NCBI GenBank assembly: GCA_026936335.1
Contig: JAPMXV010000019.1
Span: forward strand, 62,001 to 126,000
Source: Mantamonas sphyraenae STR306
Taxonomy: Eukaryota > Protista > CRuMs
Direction: 5' to 3'
DNA length: 64,000 nt
Below, piece after piece: positions 24,838-37,883 of the stretch; the stretch's first letter is position 1; the number at the start of each line of letters is the position of its first letter. Both the position numbers and the translations under genes were made by a program. Under the pieces are notes generated by a model. It had not been told where the DNA came from. It worked only from the letters and a program-made list of their open reading frames with translations, and did not search any database.

Positions 24838-25043
24838 GCGGGGTCCAAGGGCAAAATGAAAGCACAGATGCGTATGTACTGTTCTTCACACGGATTGGAT
24901 GGCTGGAGGAGGAGGGTGGGCCGATTGGACGATTCAAGCGGACGGAAAGACGCCTGCGTGAGCGGAGAGCGGAAACTGCTCGGTGAAAGCGAGCAAGGAG
25001 GGAAACAAAGGTGGGTTGCCTGTGGGTATTCGTAATTTAGTGG

Positions 25044-25370
25044 TCATTCCTTGGCTTGCTTCTTTTCATACTGTTCAGGTGTCCAGGCCTGGATGCTGAG
25101 AGCGTGGACGGAGCTTGCGAGTTCGTCCTTGAGCAGATCGTTGACGGAACGGTGACGCTGGATCCTGCTGAGGCCATCAAAGTCGTCCGAGACAATGGTG
25201 ACCTTGAAGTGCGTCTCGTCTGCCTCTGCATACTGTGACTCAAGCATGGCTTTGTGTCCTGCATGCTTGCTGCTCTCGTCGACAATGGACAGGACACTGG
25301 GGTTGAACGCTGCCGTCAACTTGGACTCGATGGCACTGTACACAGGTTTGGCAAGCGACTTGGAGGACAT
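25044..25370 (-). CDS. BOLA1: BolA family protein (BOLA1-like)
   Basis: DES.KHAGH, ETHFKV.IVS..F.G..RIQRHR.V, VHALSI.A.TP. Confidence 0.92.
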   Translation of the reverse strand: MSSKSLAKPVYSAIESKLTAAFNPSVLSIVDESSKHAGHKAMLESQYAEADETHFKVTIVSDDFDGLSRIQRHRSVNDLLKDELASSVHALSIQAWTPEQYEKKQAKE

Positions 25371-25627
25371 GGAAGGGGAGGGTGGCGAAGCAGTGCCTGT
25401 TGGATTGTGCTGGGATGGCGTGCGCCGGAGGCCACAAGACAAAAACCCGTGTCCCACACCCATCTCATCACTCATCACCGGATTGTGCACACACACAGCA
25501 CATACCACGAGCACACAAAGACACATCTCAACACACTCACATCCAATTTCGAGCACACGGGAAGATCAACCTACACGAAACATAATCATCATCAACACAC
25601 ACCGCACAACACGAACAACAAGCAATC

Positions 25628-28600
25628 ATGGACATCATCCACGCAAAGAACATGACGACGGGGACCCCCATGCAGGGCTCACCCATGCCTCTGGGCATCA
25701 GCAAGAAGGAGAACCTTGTCGGTTCGCCTGTAAGTTTTTCGAAAGGAGAGATGTCAGGAAATCCGTTGGCGTGAGCGCGGGCCGCTGACACACACCCTCG
25801 TGCACCTCATACGGCAATGCTCTGCGCACACACGGGTCCCCGTGGCACGCACGTATGTATGTTGCCTGTCTGTGTACCCATAACCATGCCTCACGCTGCA
25901 CAGATGCTCGCCAAGAAGCAGCCGTTTGCAAACGATTCGCCGGCGACGCTTGACCAGGAAAACAGCGAACTGGACTTTAGCACACACAGCGCCAGCGAGC
26001 TGGCCCAAGAACCGCAGCAGCAAGCAAGCAGCCAGAACACAGGCAGTGAGCTGCCGTGTGACGAGTGCGAATCCAAGACATCGATGATTGAGGAGCTGCA
26101 AGAGTCGCTGAAGGAGGCGCAGGTGAAGCTGATCAACGTGCAAGAGGACTGCACAGCGTACAAAGAGGCCTACGACAAGATCAAGGCTGATGGCATGACA
26201 CTGTACGCAAGCTACAACACCAAGGCGAGCCAGGTGAAGAGCCTGACGAGCGAGGTGGAGCAATTGAAGAAGGTGAGATTTGAATTTGGGTTCGGCTCGT
26301 TTGCGCGCGAAAATCCGGCAACGGTCACTTGCGGCTGACACCCGGACACACACGACACACCCACACAGCAACTGGATGGCGCAGACGGAGCGGAAGAGTG
26401 GAAGCGCAAGTTTAAGGAGCAGAGCGAACGATTCAAAGAGACGTTCCAGGCATACCAGGAGGTACAGGAGGAGCTGCGAGCGAGCCAGGAGCAAAACGAA
26501 GCACTGGGCGACAAGATGGTGGAGTTGCTGAACAAGAGCAACTCGGAGGAACACGCACAGGAGCTGGCAGAGATGCGCAGCACGTACGAACGCCAGCTGG
26601 AGGCGATGAAGGAACAGCTGGAGGCGGCCAAGGCTCTGAGCGATCACAGCGAGGAGCTGGAGGCAGCCGAACTCCGCCATGCGGACGAGCTTGCGGCGCA
26701 AAAGTGCCGGTTTGACGAGCAGCTGGAGGCGGTGCAGGAGCAGTTGGCAGCGGCCAAGGCCATGTCGGACCACAGCGAGGCAGAGGAGGCGATGCGTGCG
26801 GCACACGAGGCGGCAATGGAAGCGCAGAAGGGCGAGTTTGAAGCGCAGCTGGACGGACTGCGTGAGCAGGTGGCCGCAGCCAAGGCACTGCAAGGCACAA
26901 TGGAGACGCAGCACGAGGCACAGCTTGCACGCATGCGTGCACAGATCGAAGCGGCACACAACCAGGTGGCATCGCAGCAGCAGAGCGAGCAGACGACGCA
27001 GCAGACTCGCGAGCAGCAGCAGTCGCAGATGGACGCACTGGTCAAGAGCCACCAAGAGGCACTGGCGATGCAAAAGGCCGAGTTTGAGGCGCGTCTGGCG
27101 GCCGGCATTGCCAAGGCGCAGGATGCGCAGAACGCAGCGGTGGCCGCGGTGGAAGTGGCACATGCGCAGCAGATGGCTGTGTTGGACGAGCAGCGTGCAG
27201 CGGCGCAGGGTGCAGCCACAGAGGCGGTGGAGGCCATGGAGGCGGCCCATGCCCAGGCGATGCAGGCGCAGGCAAGTGCATACGAATCACAGCTGGAAGC
27301 AGCAGTGGCCAAGGCCAAGGAGACGCAGCAGCAGCAGCAGTCGTCGTGGAGGAGAAGAACGAGGAGAGCAGCAACGAGAGTGAGGATGTGGTGGCCATGC
27401 TCAAGGCTGCCCACGCCGAGGAGCTGGAGTTCCAGGCGGCCGAGTTCCAGGCAGCTCAGGAGGCAGCACGTGAGGAGGCGGCGGCACTGGCCAGCCAACA
27501 GGGCGAGTACAAGGCGTTGTACCAGCGTATGGCAAGCAAGTATGCACAGGTGCAGGCGACGATGGCGCAGGCAAGCCGTGTGATGGGCGACGCGCAGGAG
27601 GTTGCATCGTTGCACGCTGCCCTGCGAGCACGCTACGCACAGGCGCAGGAGAAGCTGGCCAAGCGTGCGGCGGCACTGGAGGCGACGGCGGAGCAGTACG
27701 CCGCGATTGAAGCCAACAACGCACGTCTGCAGGCCAAGGTGGACCGTCTGGCACACCTGTACGAGGTGGAGGCCGAATTGGCACAGGCCACGCGTGCATA
27801 CGACGCCCAGGTGGCCGAGTTGCAGGTGGCATTGGCAGAGGCACAGCGTGAGGTGCAAGCGATGCGATTCAGCGAGCGAGCTATGAGTGTCCAAGTGCAG
27901 CAGCGTGACTCAGCACTTGTTGCCATGAGCACCGCCGCCTACGAGGCCCAGACGCGTGCCGATGCCCTGCAGGCAGAGTGTGACCGTGCCACGGTGGCAC
28001 GTGTGGTGGGCGACGCCGTACACGGTGCGTGTGTGCGTGCGTACGAGCGCGCACTGGCGTCGGCAGAGGCGGAGCGCAGCGCGGTGGATGCGGCGGCGCA
28101 CGCGGCCCAGGTGGCGCAGAAGGACGCGTGCATTGCGCGTCTGCAACGCAACATGGACGCCATGGCACGCGAGCATCGCGAACAGGCCGATTGGCGAGGT
28201 GGAACGCGAGGGTCTGGTGGACGAGTTGGAGGCTGCGCGGGAGGCATGCACGCGTGCAGAGGCGGCACGCGAGGAGGCCACAGCGGCGGCAGAGGAGGCG
28301 CAGGCACGTGTGGCGGCGTTGGAGGCACAGGTGTCTGACATGGAGGCGCAGGTGGCGGCGGCCAGCGAGGCACTGGAGATGCTGGAGGAGCAGAGGCGCA
28401 GCGAGGTGGAGGAGGTGCGAGGGGCGTTGGCAGAGGCGTCGGACAAGGTGGAGGCGTTGGAAAGCGAGTTGACGGACTTTGCGGCTGCGGCTGAGGCCAG
28501 CGAGACGGCGGCGAGGGAGGAGACGGCAAAGCTGGAGGCGGCGGTGCAGGAGGCCGGCGAGCAGCTGGACGAGGCTGACGAGCAGATCAAGGCACTGAAG

Positions 28601-29502
28601 GAGGAGAATGAGGAGTTGATGGGACGTGTGGGCACGCTGGACGAGGAAAAGGTCGAGGTGGAGACGGCGCTGGAGTTTGCCACAATGGAACTGGCGGACA
28701 AGACGGCGCAGCTCACGCGTGCCATGCAACAGGTGGAAGGGATGGCCGAGGAACGGGAGGCACTGGTGGATGCGACGCAGGTGGAGGCAGCGCGTGCAGA
28801 GACGGCGATGGCCAAGCGCACGCTGGATGCGATTCGCAGGCAGTTGGAAAAGGTGCAGGAGGAGGCGAGCAAGGAGACGCACAGGCGGGAACAGTTGGAG
28901 AAGGAGGTGAGTGTGCTGGGAGCCAAGGTGAGCGAACTGCACGCGACTCTGGGCGCGCGTGAGGCGGCCCTGGAGGCGTTGCAGGAGGAGGTGAAGGAGG
29001 AGCGCAAGCGTGCGGACGAGAACGAGGCCATGGCGTCGACGACGGTGGAGAAGATGCGTGAGATGGAGGTGGGCATGCAGTTGTTGGAGAACGACAAGGA
29101 GGAGTTGTTGGTGCAGACCGACCTGCTGCTCCTGTCGGTGCAGGAGCAAAAGGTGGGCGGCGAGCCCAGCGTGCAGGAGGTGATGGCCGAGAAGCATGCG
29201 GCGGAGCGGGAGGTGAGTGCACTGGAGACTCGCTATGCGGCGGCCAAGCAGGATGTGGAGAGGATGGCAGCCGAGCTGGAGAGGCTGCGTGTGGCCCAGC
29301 GGGAGTTTAAGGAGCGTGCGGACATCAAGATGATTGCCTGCAGGGCAACGTGACGCGTGCGGAGGAGGAAATGGAGCGTCTGGACGAGCTGGTCACGCAC
29401 GCACGTATGGTGTTGTGTCGCTACGAGGAGGTGTTTGTCGAGCAGGAGCTGGACGAGCTGGAGGAGCTGCGTGTGGCATTTGTGGACATGGACGAGGTGT
29501 GA
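25628..29502 (+). CDS. Long Ala/Glu-rich coiled-coil protein of unknown function
   Basis: Introns 25730-25903 and 26273-26368. Continuous heptad-like A/E/Q-rich sequence with internal repeats (QLEA.KEQLEAAKALSDHSE). Three 1-nt frameshifts near 27341, 28188 and 29338 join the ORFs. Confidence 0.75.
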
Positions 29503-29577
29503 TGATGATGACACAGCCAATGAATGGAGGATGCAAGAGAGAGACAGAGAGAGTGTGTGTGTGTGTTGCGTGTTTGT

Positions 29578-31100
29578 TCATGCGCTGTCGTCGTCCGCAC
29601 ACCGGCCTTCTTCTTGCGTCGTTTGCGTCGCCGTCTCCTTTTCCGCGGCGATTGGGTGCCACTGCTGCCACTGTTCTTGCGGATGGAGTCGAGGAGGGGT
29701 GGAAGGGAACGTAGCGAGTCTGCAGACGGAAGCGGTCCTGCACGAGTGCGTCCACCTGTGGGTGGGCGTTGTGGTTTGGTCTTCTTGGCTGCTGTTGTTG
29801 TTGTTGTTGTTGTTGTTGTTGTGGTGGTGGTACTATGTGTGCGTGCTGGTGATGAAGAGGATGTGGTGGGCCGTGTGTTTGTGTTGCCATTGGCATTGGA
29901 GGAGGAGGATGTGCTGCCGCGAGTGCGTCGCACGACGCCAGCACTCTTCGCCCGTGGGCTGCTGCTGCTGCTGCTGCGATGGTGGTTGCTGCCATGGCCA
30001 CCCTTTCCACCACGTCGTCGTGATCCTCCTCCCCGCTTGGGACTGCCCTTGGCATTGGGCACACTGTACAGTCTGTTCACACAATCGTCCTCTTCCTCCT
30101 TGGTCAGTCGGTTCACCAGCCGAACCGTGCCCATGTGCGTAAAGTTCAACTGGGACACATCCTCCGGTCGCTTGCGGTACAGGTCCGGGTGCATGTACTT
30201 GTCCTTGTCCGGTTGATAGTCCGGGATCCCGTCGGTGGTCACGTTGAACCGGTTGTTCCACTCCGTCGACTCTTCCCGTTCCTTCAGCTGGTACTTTAGC
30301 GGCCTTCGCATGCGTTCCAGCTTCTCTTCTGTGAGTCCACCCATCCATGCACCCACGCACATTCCCATACCCATGCGTGTCGTCCAGCCCATCTGTCAGT
30401 TGTCTCTCTGTGTGCGCCTACAGACGGTGTTTGGACGTCCCCAGGCAACGGGCGAATTTGCACCCCCGGCACCCACTCTCTCCACCGCCTCTCTCTCTCT
30501 GGCTCTGCACCCCCACCACTTACTTGTCATTTTCACCTTTTTGCTCTGCTGAGCAACCCGTTCGGCTTCTGTCAGCTCCTCCTTGACGGGTTTGACCCGT
30601 GTGAGGCGTTCCACACTCTGTTTCTGCTGGCGACCTGGGGTTGGCAAACGAAGCGTGTTAGTCGATCTCTCAGAGAGAGAGAGAGGGAGAGAGGGGGAAG
30701 AGACGAGGAGAGACATAGAGACCACAGGGTGGGGGGGCAACGTACGTGTCAATTTGGGCACCTCGACAGCCTTCATGAGGTCTGCTCGCTCTTGGGCATT
30801 GAGGGGTCTGGACAGACTCCAACCCAGGTGGCCCTTGTCGTTGTCAGACACTCGCAACTCGCTCAAATGCTTCGTTTTCAGTTTGATGTCATTCTGCTGC
30901 GCGGCAATGGGTTGGGACAACCGAGCCACCGACTCGCGCTGCTGCTGTGGCGTCAACTTGGTGATGGGCGCAGCCGGTTTCCGCTCCTTGTTGCGTTCCT
31001 CCTCATCCACCTGGTGCATCTGCTCCAGGTTGATCCCATACAGGATGCGCGCATCGTCCTCCACCGAACGGGATCCGAACGGCGTGAACGTCTGGTACAT
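29578..31100 (-). CDS. Hypothetical basic protein with repeated LT-x7-V-x-RL motifs
   Basis: Introns 30635-30745 (GTACGT..CAG) and 30329-30523 (GTAAGT..CAG) join in frame. The stop is at 29578 if there is a 1-nt indel near 29600, otherwise at 29421. Start uncertain. Confidence 0.6.
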
Positions 31101-31315
31101 TTGCTTCCACGACCCACTGTTTGGCCTCGCAATCGCACTCGCACCTTCCCCCTCCCCCCCTCTTCCTTTGCTGACTCTGCTGCTTCAGTTCAGTTTCCTT
31201 GTGTGTGTGTGTGTGTGTGTGTGTCTGTTGTTCATGCTGATGACGATGGGGTGTCATTTGTCATGTGGACGAGAGAGAGCGTGGTGTGTGGTGGATTTGC
31301 GGGTGTGTCTGCTGC

Positions 31316-32701
31316 TCACACCTGGCGGTACGTGGCACGACGCACAGCGTTGACAATGTTGTTGGGCTGCGGGATGGCAGCCTGCTCCAACGGGGTGGAG
31401 TAGGGCATGGGGATGTCTGCGCCAGACACACGCTCAATGGGTGCGTCGAGGTAATCAAAGGCCTCCGACTCCATGATGCAAGCAGCAATCTCTGCACCCA
31501 CACCATACTGGGGCCATCCCTCCTCCACCGTCACCAAACGGTTGGTCTTCATCATGGACGCCTTGACGGTCTCGTGGTCCAAGGGACGAATGGTGCGCAG
31601 GTTGACCACCTCAGCCTGGATGCCATCTTCGGCCGCAAGCACCTCGGCCGCCTGAAGGGCCAATCCAACCATACGAGAGAAGGCCACAATGGTCACATCG
31701 CTGCCCTCCCGTTGGATCTTGGCCTTGCCCAGGGGCAGGACAAAGTCAGCACCCATGGCCTCCTCGCTCATCTCAAAGCTCTCACCGTACAGCAGCTCAC
31801 TCTCGAGGAAGGCCACTGGGTTGGGGTCACGAATGGAGGCCTTGAGGAGTCCCTTGGCATCCTCACTGTCGTAGGGGGCCACTGTGATGAGACCCGGACA
31901 GTGACCATACCACGAGGCAAAGCATTGCGAGTGCTGTGCTGCCACACCGGCAGACACGCCGTTGGGTCCACGGAACACAATGTGCGATGTCAACTGGCCT
32001 GCAGACATGTAATACGACTTGGCCGCACTGTTGATGATTTGGTCGATGGCCTGCATGGAAAAGTTCCACGTCATAAACTCCACAATGGGTTTCAGGCCGG
32101 CCATGGCCGCACCCACACCCAGGCCGGTGAAGCCCATCTCTGTGATGGGGCAGTCACGAACCCGCTTGGGGCCCCACTTGTCAAACAGGCCCCGCGAAAC
32201 CTGCCAGCAACAGGTCCGTGTCAGCTTCGCAAATCGCAACCCCGCCCTTCTTCTTCTACACGCCTTTCTGCGCACGCATGCGCTTGCCATCGCTCTCTGC
32301 CGCATGCAGGTGAGACACACACACACATGTGCACTGCGTTTGTGCCACCTTTTCTTTTTGTGTCCATGTCTGTCCACGAGCAAAAGGAGGAGGGGAGCCT
32401 GGTGCAAGCGAGGGAGGGTTTCGCTCCAAAGAAAAGCAGAGCCGAAGGAATCTGCAGCCCCCTGCCTTGTACAGCGTAGGGATGGGACACTCACCTTGTA
32501 GGCACCTTGGTACTGGCCAACCTCCTCGCCCATGAGGAGAACCTTGTCGTCGCGTTCCATCTCCTCGTCCATGGCCATGTTGAGGGCGTCGCGCACGGCA
32601 ACGGCCTCGTTGGCCTGGCTGGTTGTGCTCAGCGCACGTGCCTGCTGCGACGCCATGCGGCTCATTGTCGGCTGCACTTGCTTCACTGCTCGCGTGAACA
32701 T
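31316..32701 (-). CDS. PDHB: Pyruvate dehydrogenase E1 beta subunit, mitochondrial
   Basis: [68 protein letters not shown]. In-frame intron 32201-32494. Confidence 0.97.
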   Translation of the reverse strand: MFTRAVKQVQPTMSRMASQQARALSTTSQANEAVAVRDALNMAMDEEMERDDKVLLMGEEVGQYQGAYKVSVPSLRCTRQGAADSFGSAFLWSETLPRLHQAPLLLLLVDRHGHKKKRWHKRSAHVCVCLTCMRQRAMASACVRRKACRRRRAGLRFAKLTRTCCWQVSRGLFDKWGPKRVRDCPITEMGFTGLGVGAAMAGLKPIVEFMTWNFSMQAIDQIINSAAKSYYMSAGQLTSHIVFRGPNGVSAGVAAQHSQCFASWYGHCPGLITVAPYDSEDAKGLLKASIRDPNPVAFLESELLYGESFEMSEEAMGADFVLPLGKAKIQREGSDVTIVAFSRMVGLALQAAEVLAAEDGIQAEVVNLRTIRPLDHETVKASMMKTNRLVTVEEGWPQYGVGAEIAACIMESEAFDYLDAPIERVSGADIPMPYSTPLEQAAIPQPNNIVNAVRRATYRQV

Positions 32702-32874
32702 GTCTTGTAGTACGGCTGCTGCGGAGGGGTTGCGTGTGGGGTGTGGAGTTCCGATGGATGGGCGAGGGCGCAGGGGGGTGGGACCCTTGTTGGATGGATG
32801 TGGTGATGATGAATGAATGATGATGAATGATGATGAATGGTGTTGATTTGTTGTTGTCACAGTGTGTCATTGAA

Positions 32875-34860
32875 TCACGCAATGCCGCCCGAGGCGAACC
32901 AGGTGTACCAAAAGGCAAAGACACCGAGACTGACGGTGCCAAAGATGAGCATGATGACCCAAATCATGCGCAGGGTGCGCCACGCCTCCTTCCCATTCAT
33001 GGAAGGCCACTGGATGAAACGCACGTCAAAGATGGCAATCTGCTGCTGCTTGATCTCAAGCGTGCAACAGAAGAGGTCGGTGAGCAGTTCAAACACCACC
33101 TGCATGGCAATCGAGGCCAACACGGCGTCCATGTTCTGTGCCGTGCCTCCCCATGCATACGAGATCATGTTGACCAGCACAGGACACACCACAATGCTCA
33201 CATGCTCGGCAATCATTTCCAGCACAATGATTTGAGGTCGCATCTCAAAGATCAGCTTCTGTCGTGCAAAGGGCGACCGCACATAGTATGCATAGCTTGG
33301 CGGTGTCGTAAACGACCTCTGCGACTGCAATGCCTCTCCAAACTCCTCCTTGTCTTCCTTCTGCTTGTCCTGTTGCGGTTGTTCCTGCTCCACAGACCCC
33401 CATTCTTCTTCTTCTTCTTCTTCTGTTTGCTGGACTGTTGCTGCTGCGAGCGTTCCCGTCGCCTGCGTTCCTTCTCCTCCTGCGACATCTGCGACATGTG
33501 GGAGATGTGTGTCATCCTGTCCTCCGAATCCGAGTCCATGGCAAGCTCCTCCTCCTCGTCCGACGACATGTCGTCCTGGTTCTGGTCGTCACGGCGCAGG
33601 TAGCGTGTGCGTGGCGGGTTGGCCGGGTTGCTTCGCAGGCCAGGGCGGAGGTACAACAGGGCACGGGTGGCCATCCAATCACGTCGAGTGTGTGTCAAGC
33701 GCATGGTGATTTCCAGCAACGAGACACCTGCGGTAAGGAGCACCTGTGTGTACAGGTCATTGGCGGCCACAATGAGCACACGGCCCACAAAGGCCACAAA
33801 GAGGACGGGGAATGCAATGAACATCCACAACGAGTCCTTGTCGTAGTCCAGACGCTGCATGGACAGAATGAGGGCAGCCACTCGAAAGAGCAGAAAGGCA
33901 ATCTCCAGCATGGCAGGCATGATGATGAGTCGCACAAGCAGCTGGTTGACGGCGGACGCGGTGAAAAAGTCCAGAAGCAGAAAGATGAACATCAGGCGGA
34001 TAAACACATTGGCCCCGTAGGGCAGAAGCACAAGACGCATGCCATTGGCTCGTCCAATGCCCAAATCACGCCCTGCAAGGATGCTGATGACCACTGCACT
34101 GACCAGCTCGGTGGCAAACATGAGCAGAATCACAGCCCCGCGGCTGGTGTCTCCCACCGTGCCCTGCGTCGGGTAGCTGTGGTACAGAAACATGACCACG
34201 GGCCAAAACGCAGCAAAGAACATGCTGCAATGCTGGTGGAACTTCTTGTTGCCAGGCAGCACAAAGAAAGCCCACGCAGCGATTTCAAGGTGCGGCGCCG
34301 TCCAAATCCAGCTGGCGGCAAACATGCTGTACTTGATAGGACATTCCTGCGCCTGCAGCGGCGATGCCACACGCGCATTCAGCACAATGGGATCTGTGCA
34401 CGTGCATCGGACATATGTGTGGGGCGTGGTTGTCCCATCCCGTGTCAGTAGGGCGGGCGTTGTCAGGAAAAGCGGGAAAAAAAACGACGGATGCGGCTCG
34501 CCCTTTCGTCTTTCGGACGCCGGTGTGGGCTCACGCACAGCAATCCACGGTAGTCCACATGTGCCATCCATAGATGAGGGCCAACGGGACGGCAAACAGA
34601 AATCCGGTGAAGAGAACGAGGACGACAAAGCGAGGGAAGCCGGCAAAGATGGTGCTGTAGTCCTTCTCCTGTGCTCGCAGAGCAAGTTCTTCCGCCGACA
34701 GGGGCAAGTCCAGCGGCGACTGTAGGTGGAATTCCTCGTCAAAATCCATTTCCATCACATGTTCCGTATCACCGATGACGGTGATTTTGGAGTGATGTGG
34801 ATGCTGCGGATCCATGGCGGCCACTTCCACCAACTCGGTTCCTCGGTGGTGGCGACCCAT
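32875..34860 (-). CDS. Orphan multi-pass membrane protein
   Basis: About 9-10 hydrophobic segments with a charged low-complexity loop. Intron 34394-34538. A 1-nt frameshift at a G run near 33398. No family recognised. Confidence 0.6.
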
Positions 34861-35043
34861 GCCTGCGTTTTGTTGGACTTTCTTTTCGGATGCCCTGCAT
34901 GGCGCATGGGCAACCCGGGGACCCCAAAGGTATTCCCATGTGTCAGAGAGATCCCCATTGCAGGCCATGCAGGGTCACGATGGTTGCATGTGAGCCCATG
35001 GGATGCGTGTGCGGGCCAAAACCAAAACAGGGCTCCACATCCG

Positions 35044-37810
35044 ATGCAACAGCGGCGAACACCGGCTTCGCTGGGGCGAGGAGGCGACGCGTCTGTGGCT
35101 GATTCAGGGCCTGTGACAGCAGCTGGATTTGCCACAGGAGCACAGGCAGGAAGCACACGAAGACGAGGACGTGGAGGAGGTGCGGCAGGTGCTGTTGGAC
35201 CCAGTGGACAGGGTGCTGACGCTGCTCCAGGCTTGCGAACGCGTGACCTGTTGCTCCTCAGCGCATGTGCCCTGGCCATCTTCATCTCCTTCTCCACCTC
35301 CAACTCGTGGGCAGCCACCCCGCAGTGGATCATGCCCTTGGACCCCATGCTGTACGAAAACGGCCACTTTCCGGCCCCTCAGGAGCGGGCCCCGCCCCCT
35401 CTGGTGACTGATCTCGACGGCGACGGCGTCAAAGGTACGCAAGTGCGATGGGAAGGGGGTAAAGGGGGAGGCATGTGCAGTGTGAATCTGTCTCGTTGGA
35501 CAGCAGTGTTGTGGTGTGCATGTGGTGGGACAGGGAGAGCGACGGAAAAGTTGCACGCAGGCTGACACCACGTGGCACACACACGCACACACACACACAC
35601 ACACAGACGTGGTGCTTGTGACAAAGGAGCCGAAACTGGTTGTGTTGGACACGTCTGCACTTAGCAAAGAGGACCACAAAGGGGTGGACTCGTTGTCGGT
35701 GCTGCCTGTGAAGCACCAGGTGTCGCTGCTGCCTTCGGTGCGTGTGAGCATGGGCAAGCAGGCAGTGGCGCTGACTTCGGGCTATGTGACGCCGTACAAC
35801 AAGGAGACGGCACGCACACAGGTGGTGGTCGTTGTCACATCGGGGTGGAAGGTGTTGTGCTTTGACCACACCTTGAAGCTGCTGTGGGAGACGAGCATCA
35901 GCGAGGAGTTCAGCAGCCAACACTTTTACTCGGAAGTGGCTGCCATGGTGACGCCTGTGTCGTTGCAGCCCGACTCCCACGGGGCAGTCATCATTGGAGG
36001 CAAGATGGACATGGAACACACGCGCAACAAAGCATTTGCACACGATCACACGCGGATCAAACACGAATTCAACCCCAAGATGCCCAAACGGGTGAGTGAT
36101 GCAGAGGATGGGGAACACGACGGAAGTGCAGCGACAACAGACCCACAGTATCTGCAACGCAAACACCAAAAGGCCACAGAGGGGGACAATAATGGCAACG
36201 ACGACGATGCCACCGCAAGTGAACACCAGGGAGACGACGAGTTTATGAACGCACACCGATTCTCGGACGAGCGGGCCTTCCACTTTTCGTACCATGCGTA
36301 CGATGGCACGACGGGAAGACAGGTGTGGAGCCACGAGGCAAGCGACTTTCATGAGGATGTGTTGACGGACGAGCTGAAGTATCCCCAACACAACTACAAG
36401 CTGCACCTGAAGAGCAGCGACAAACACACGGGCGAGGTGGATTGGCGACAGTACAGGGAGAGTGTGTTGAAACAGCTGCCACACAGGTGGAGCACACGTG
36501 AGGACACAAGTCTGCTGTTGGCCCACTTTGAGAAGCGCAGCAAGAGGGGACGACGTGCAGCAGGATCCACTGTGGCAGCAGCCGCAGCAGCCGCAGCCGC
36601 AGCAGCCGCAGCGCCATCCACAGAAGGGAGGGACCATGCACGATTGGCAGAGGGAAAGGCAAGAGCCCGTGCGGCGGCGGCGGCGGCGGCGGCATCAGCA
36701 GGAGCAGCAGCTGTGACCCAGGACACACTGCACAACGCAGGGTTCCACGACCACATGCAATCGCAGATGACGCAACCACACGACGAGAGCGAACACATCC
36801 GCAAACCCAACGTGGTGGTGGCCCACAGGGGAAACGGCATCGAAGTGTTGCACCTGTACTCTGGTCGCACATTGACCCAACTGGCCCTGGCACCAGGCAC
36901 CTATGCCGATGTCAATGGTGACGGCGTCGTCGAACATCTGCAGGCCGTGGCAGGACAGGATCAGGTCTTTCGCACGCGTGGGTTGCAAATCAACCCACTG
37001 CGCTGCTACGCCCTGGTTGACTCCGGGGTGCCCAAGATCCAACAGCTGTTCAACGGCTCCATCTGCAATCAGGATGGACCCTTGGACATGTTTGCCATGA
37101 CGGGTCTGGAGGATGCGGACAAGACACACACTCCAGTCGAGGTCACCTTTCCCGTCGTCCTCCACAGGCATCGCTACGAGAGCGCACGCAGCGCACACCT
37201 CCTCGACTCGGTCTACTTTGTCAGCAACGGGCGCATGACTTCGTACACGGGCAACGGGCAGCTCAACTGGCAGATCAATGTGCCCAGCACCTGGGAGGTC
37301 ACGGGGGATTTTAGTGAGGAGGAAGCCAATAGTCCCTTGGCCTTTGAGATGCTGCGTCGCGAAGCCAATGCTGCTGGTGCCGCAGGTGCTCCCACCTCCT
37401 CCTCCTCTGGTCCCTCGGGTGACCATGTCATCCCTGGTTTGCGCCAGGCCATGGCACCTTCCCTCAGCGTGATGCCCATGACGCCGTTGGGGAGCGAGGA
37501 GGTGCTTGTGGCTGTGGGAGACCAGGTCATGAGCTTTGTGCAGCCGGATGGCACTGTGTTGGCCAGCACCCGTCTCGTGGACTCGCCAGCCCTGGCCTAC
37601 CCTGTCTTTGGCGATTTCAACAACGACGGTACCACTGACGTCATTGTCTATTCCCGCTCCGCCTATGTGGGCTACAAGCTCACCCACGCCTCCTCCTCCC
37701 TCATGCTCCCGCTCATGGCGGCCCTTCTCTTTGTCCTCTTTCTTGTCGAGGCGTACGGTCTCAGCAAGCGCAGCGGAGGGATGGCAGCCATGGAGCACAA
37801 GCGCAAGTGA
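35044..37810 (+). CDS. FG-GAP repeat membrane protein, NERD1-like
   Basis: R.RDL..L...AIF, PPPLVTDLDGDG, QVVVVVTSGW.VLCFDH.LK.LWE, ADVNGDGV, GDFNNDGTTD and a C-terminal TM; resembles Arabidopsis NERD1 as I recall it. Intron 35435-35606. Confidence 0.78.
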
Positions 37811-37883
37811 CAGTGAGAACCATCCATCATCACACACGGGTCACATAACACGATAAACACGATTTCATTCACAGCATTCCTCC

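Noticed and set aside
29421-29502. True coding overlap between the convergent coiled-coil gene and the hypothetical gene
   Set aside because: The extension runs through microsatellite DNA; a 1-nt indel near 29600 gives a plausible stop at 29578. Unresolved without reads.
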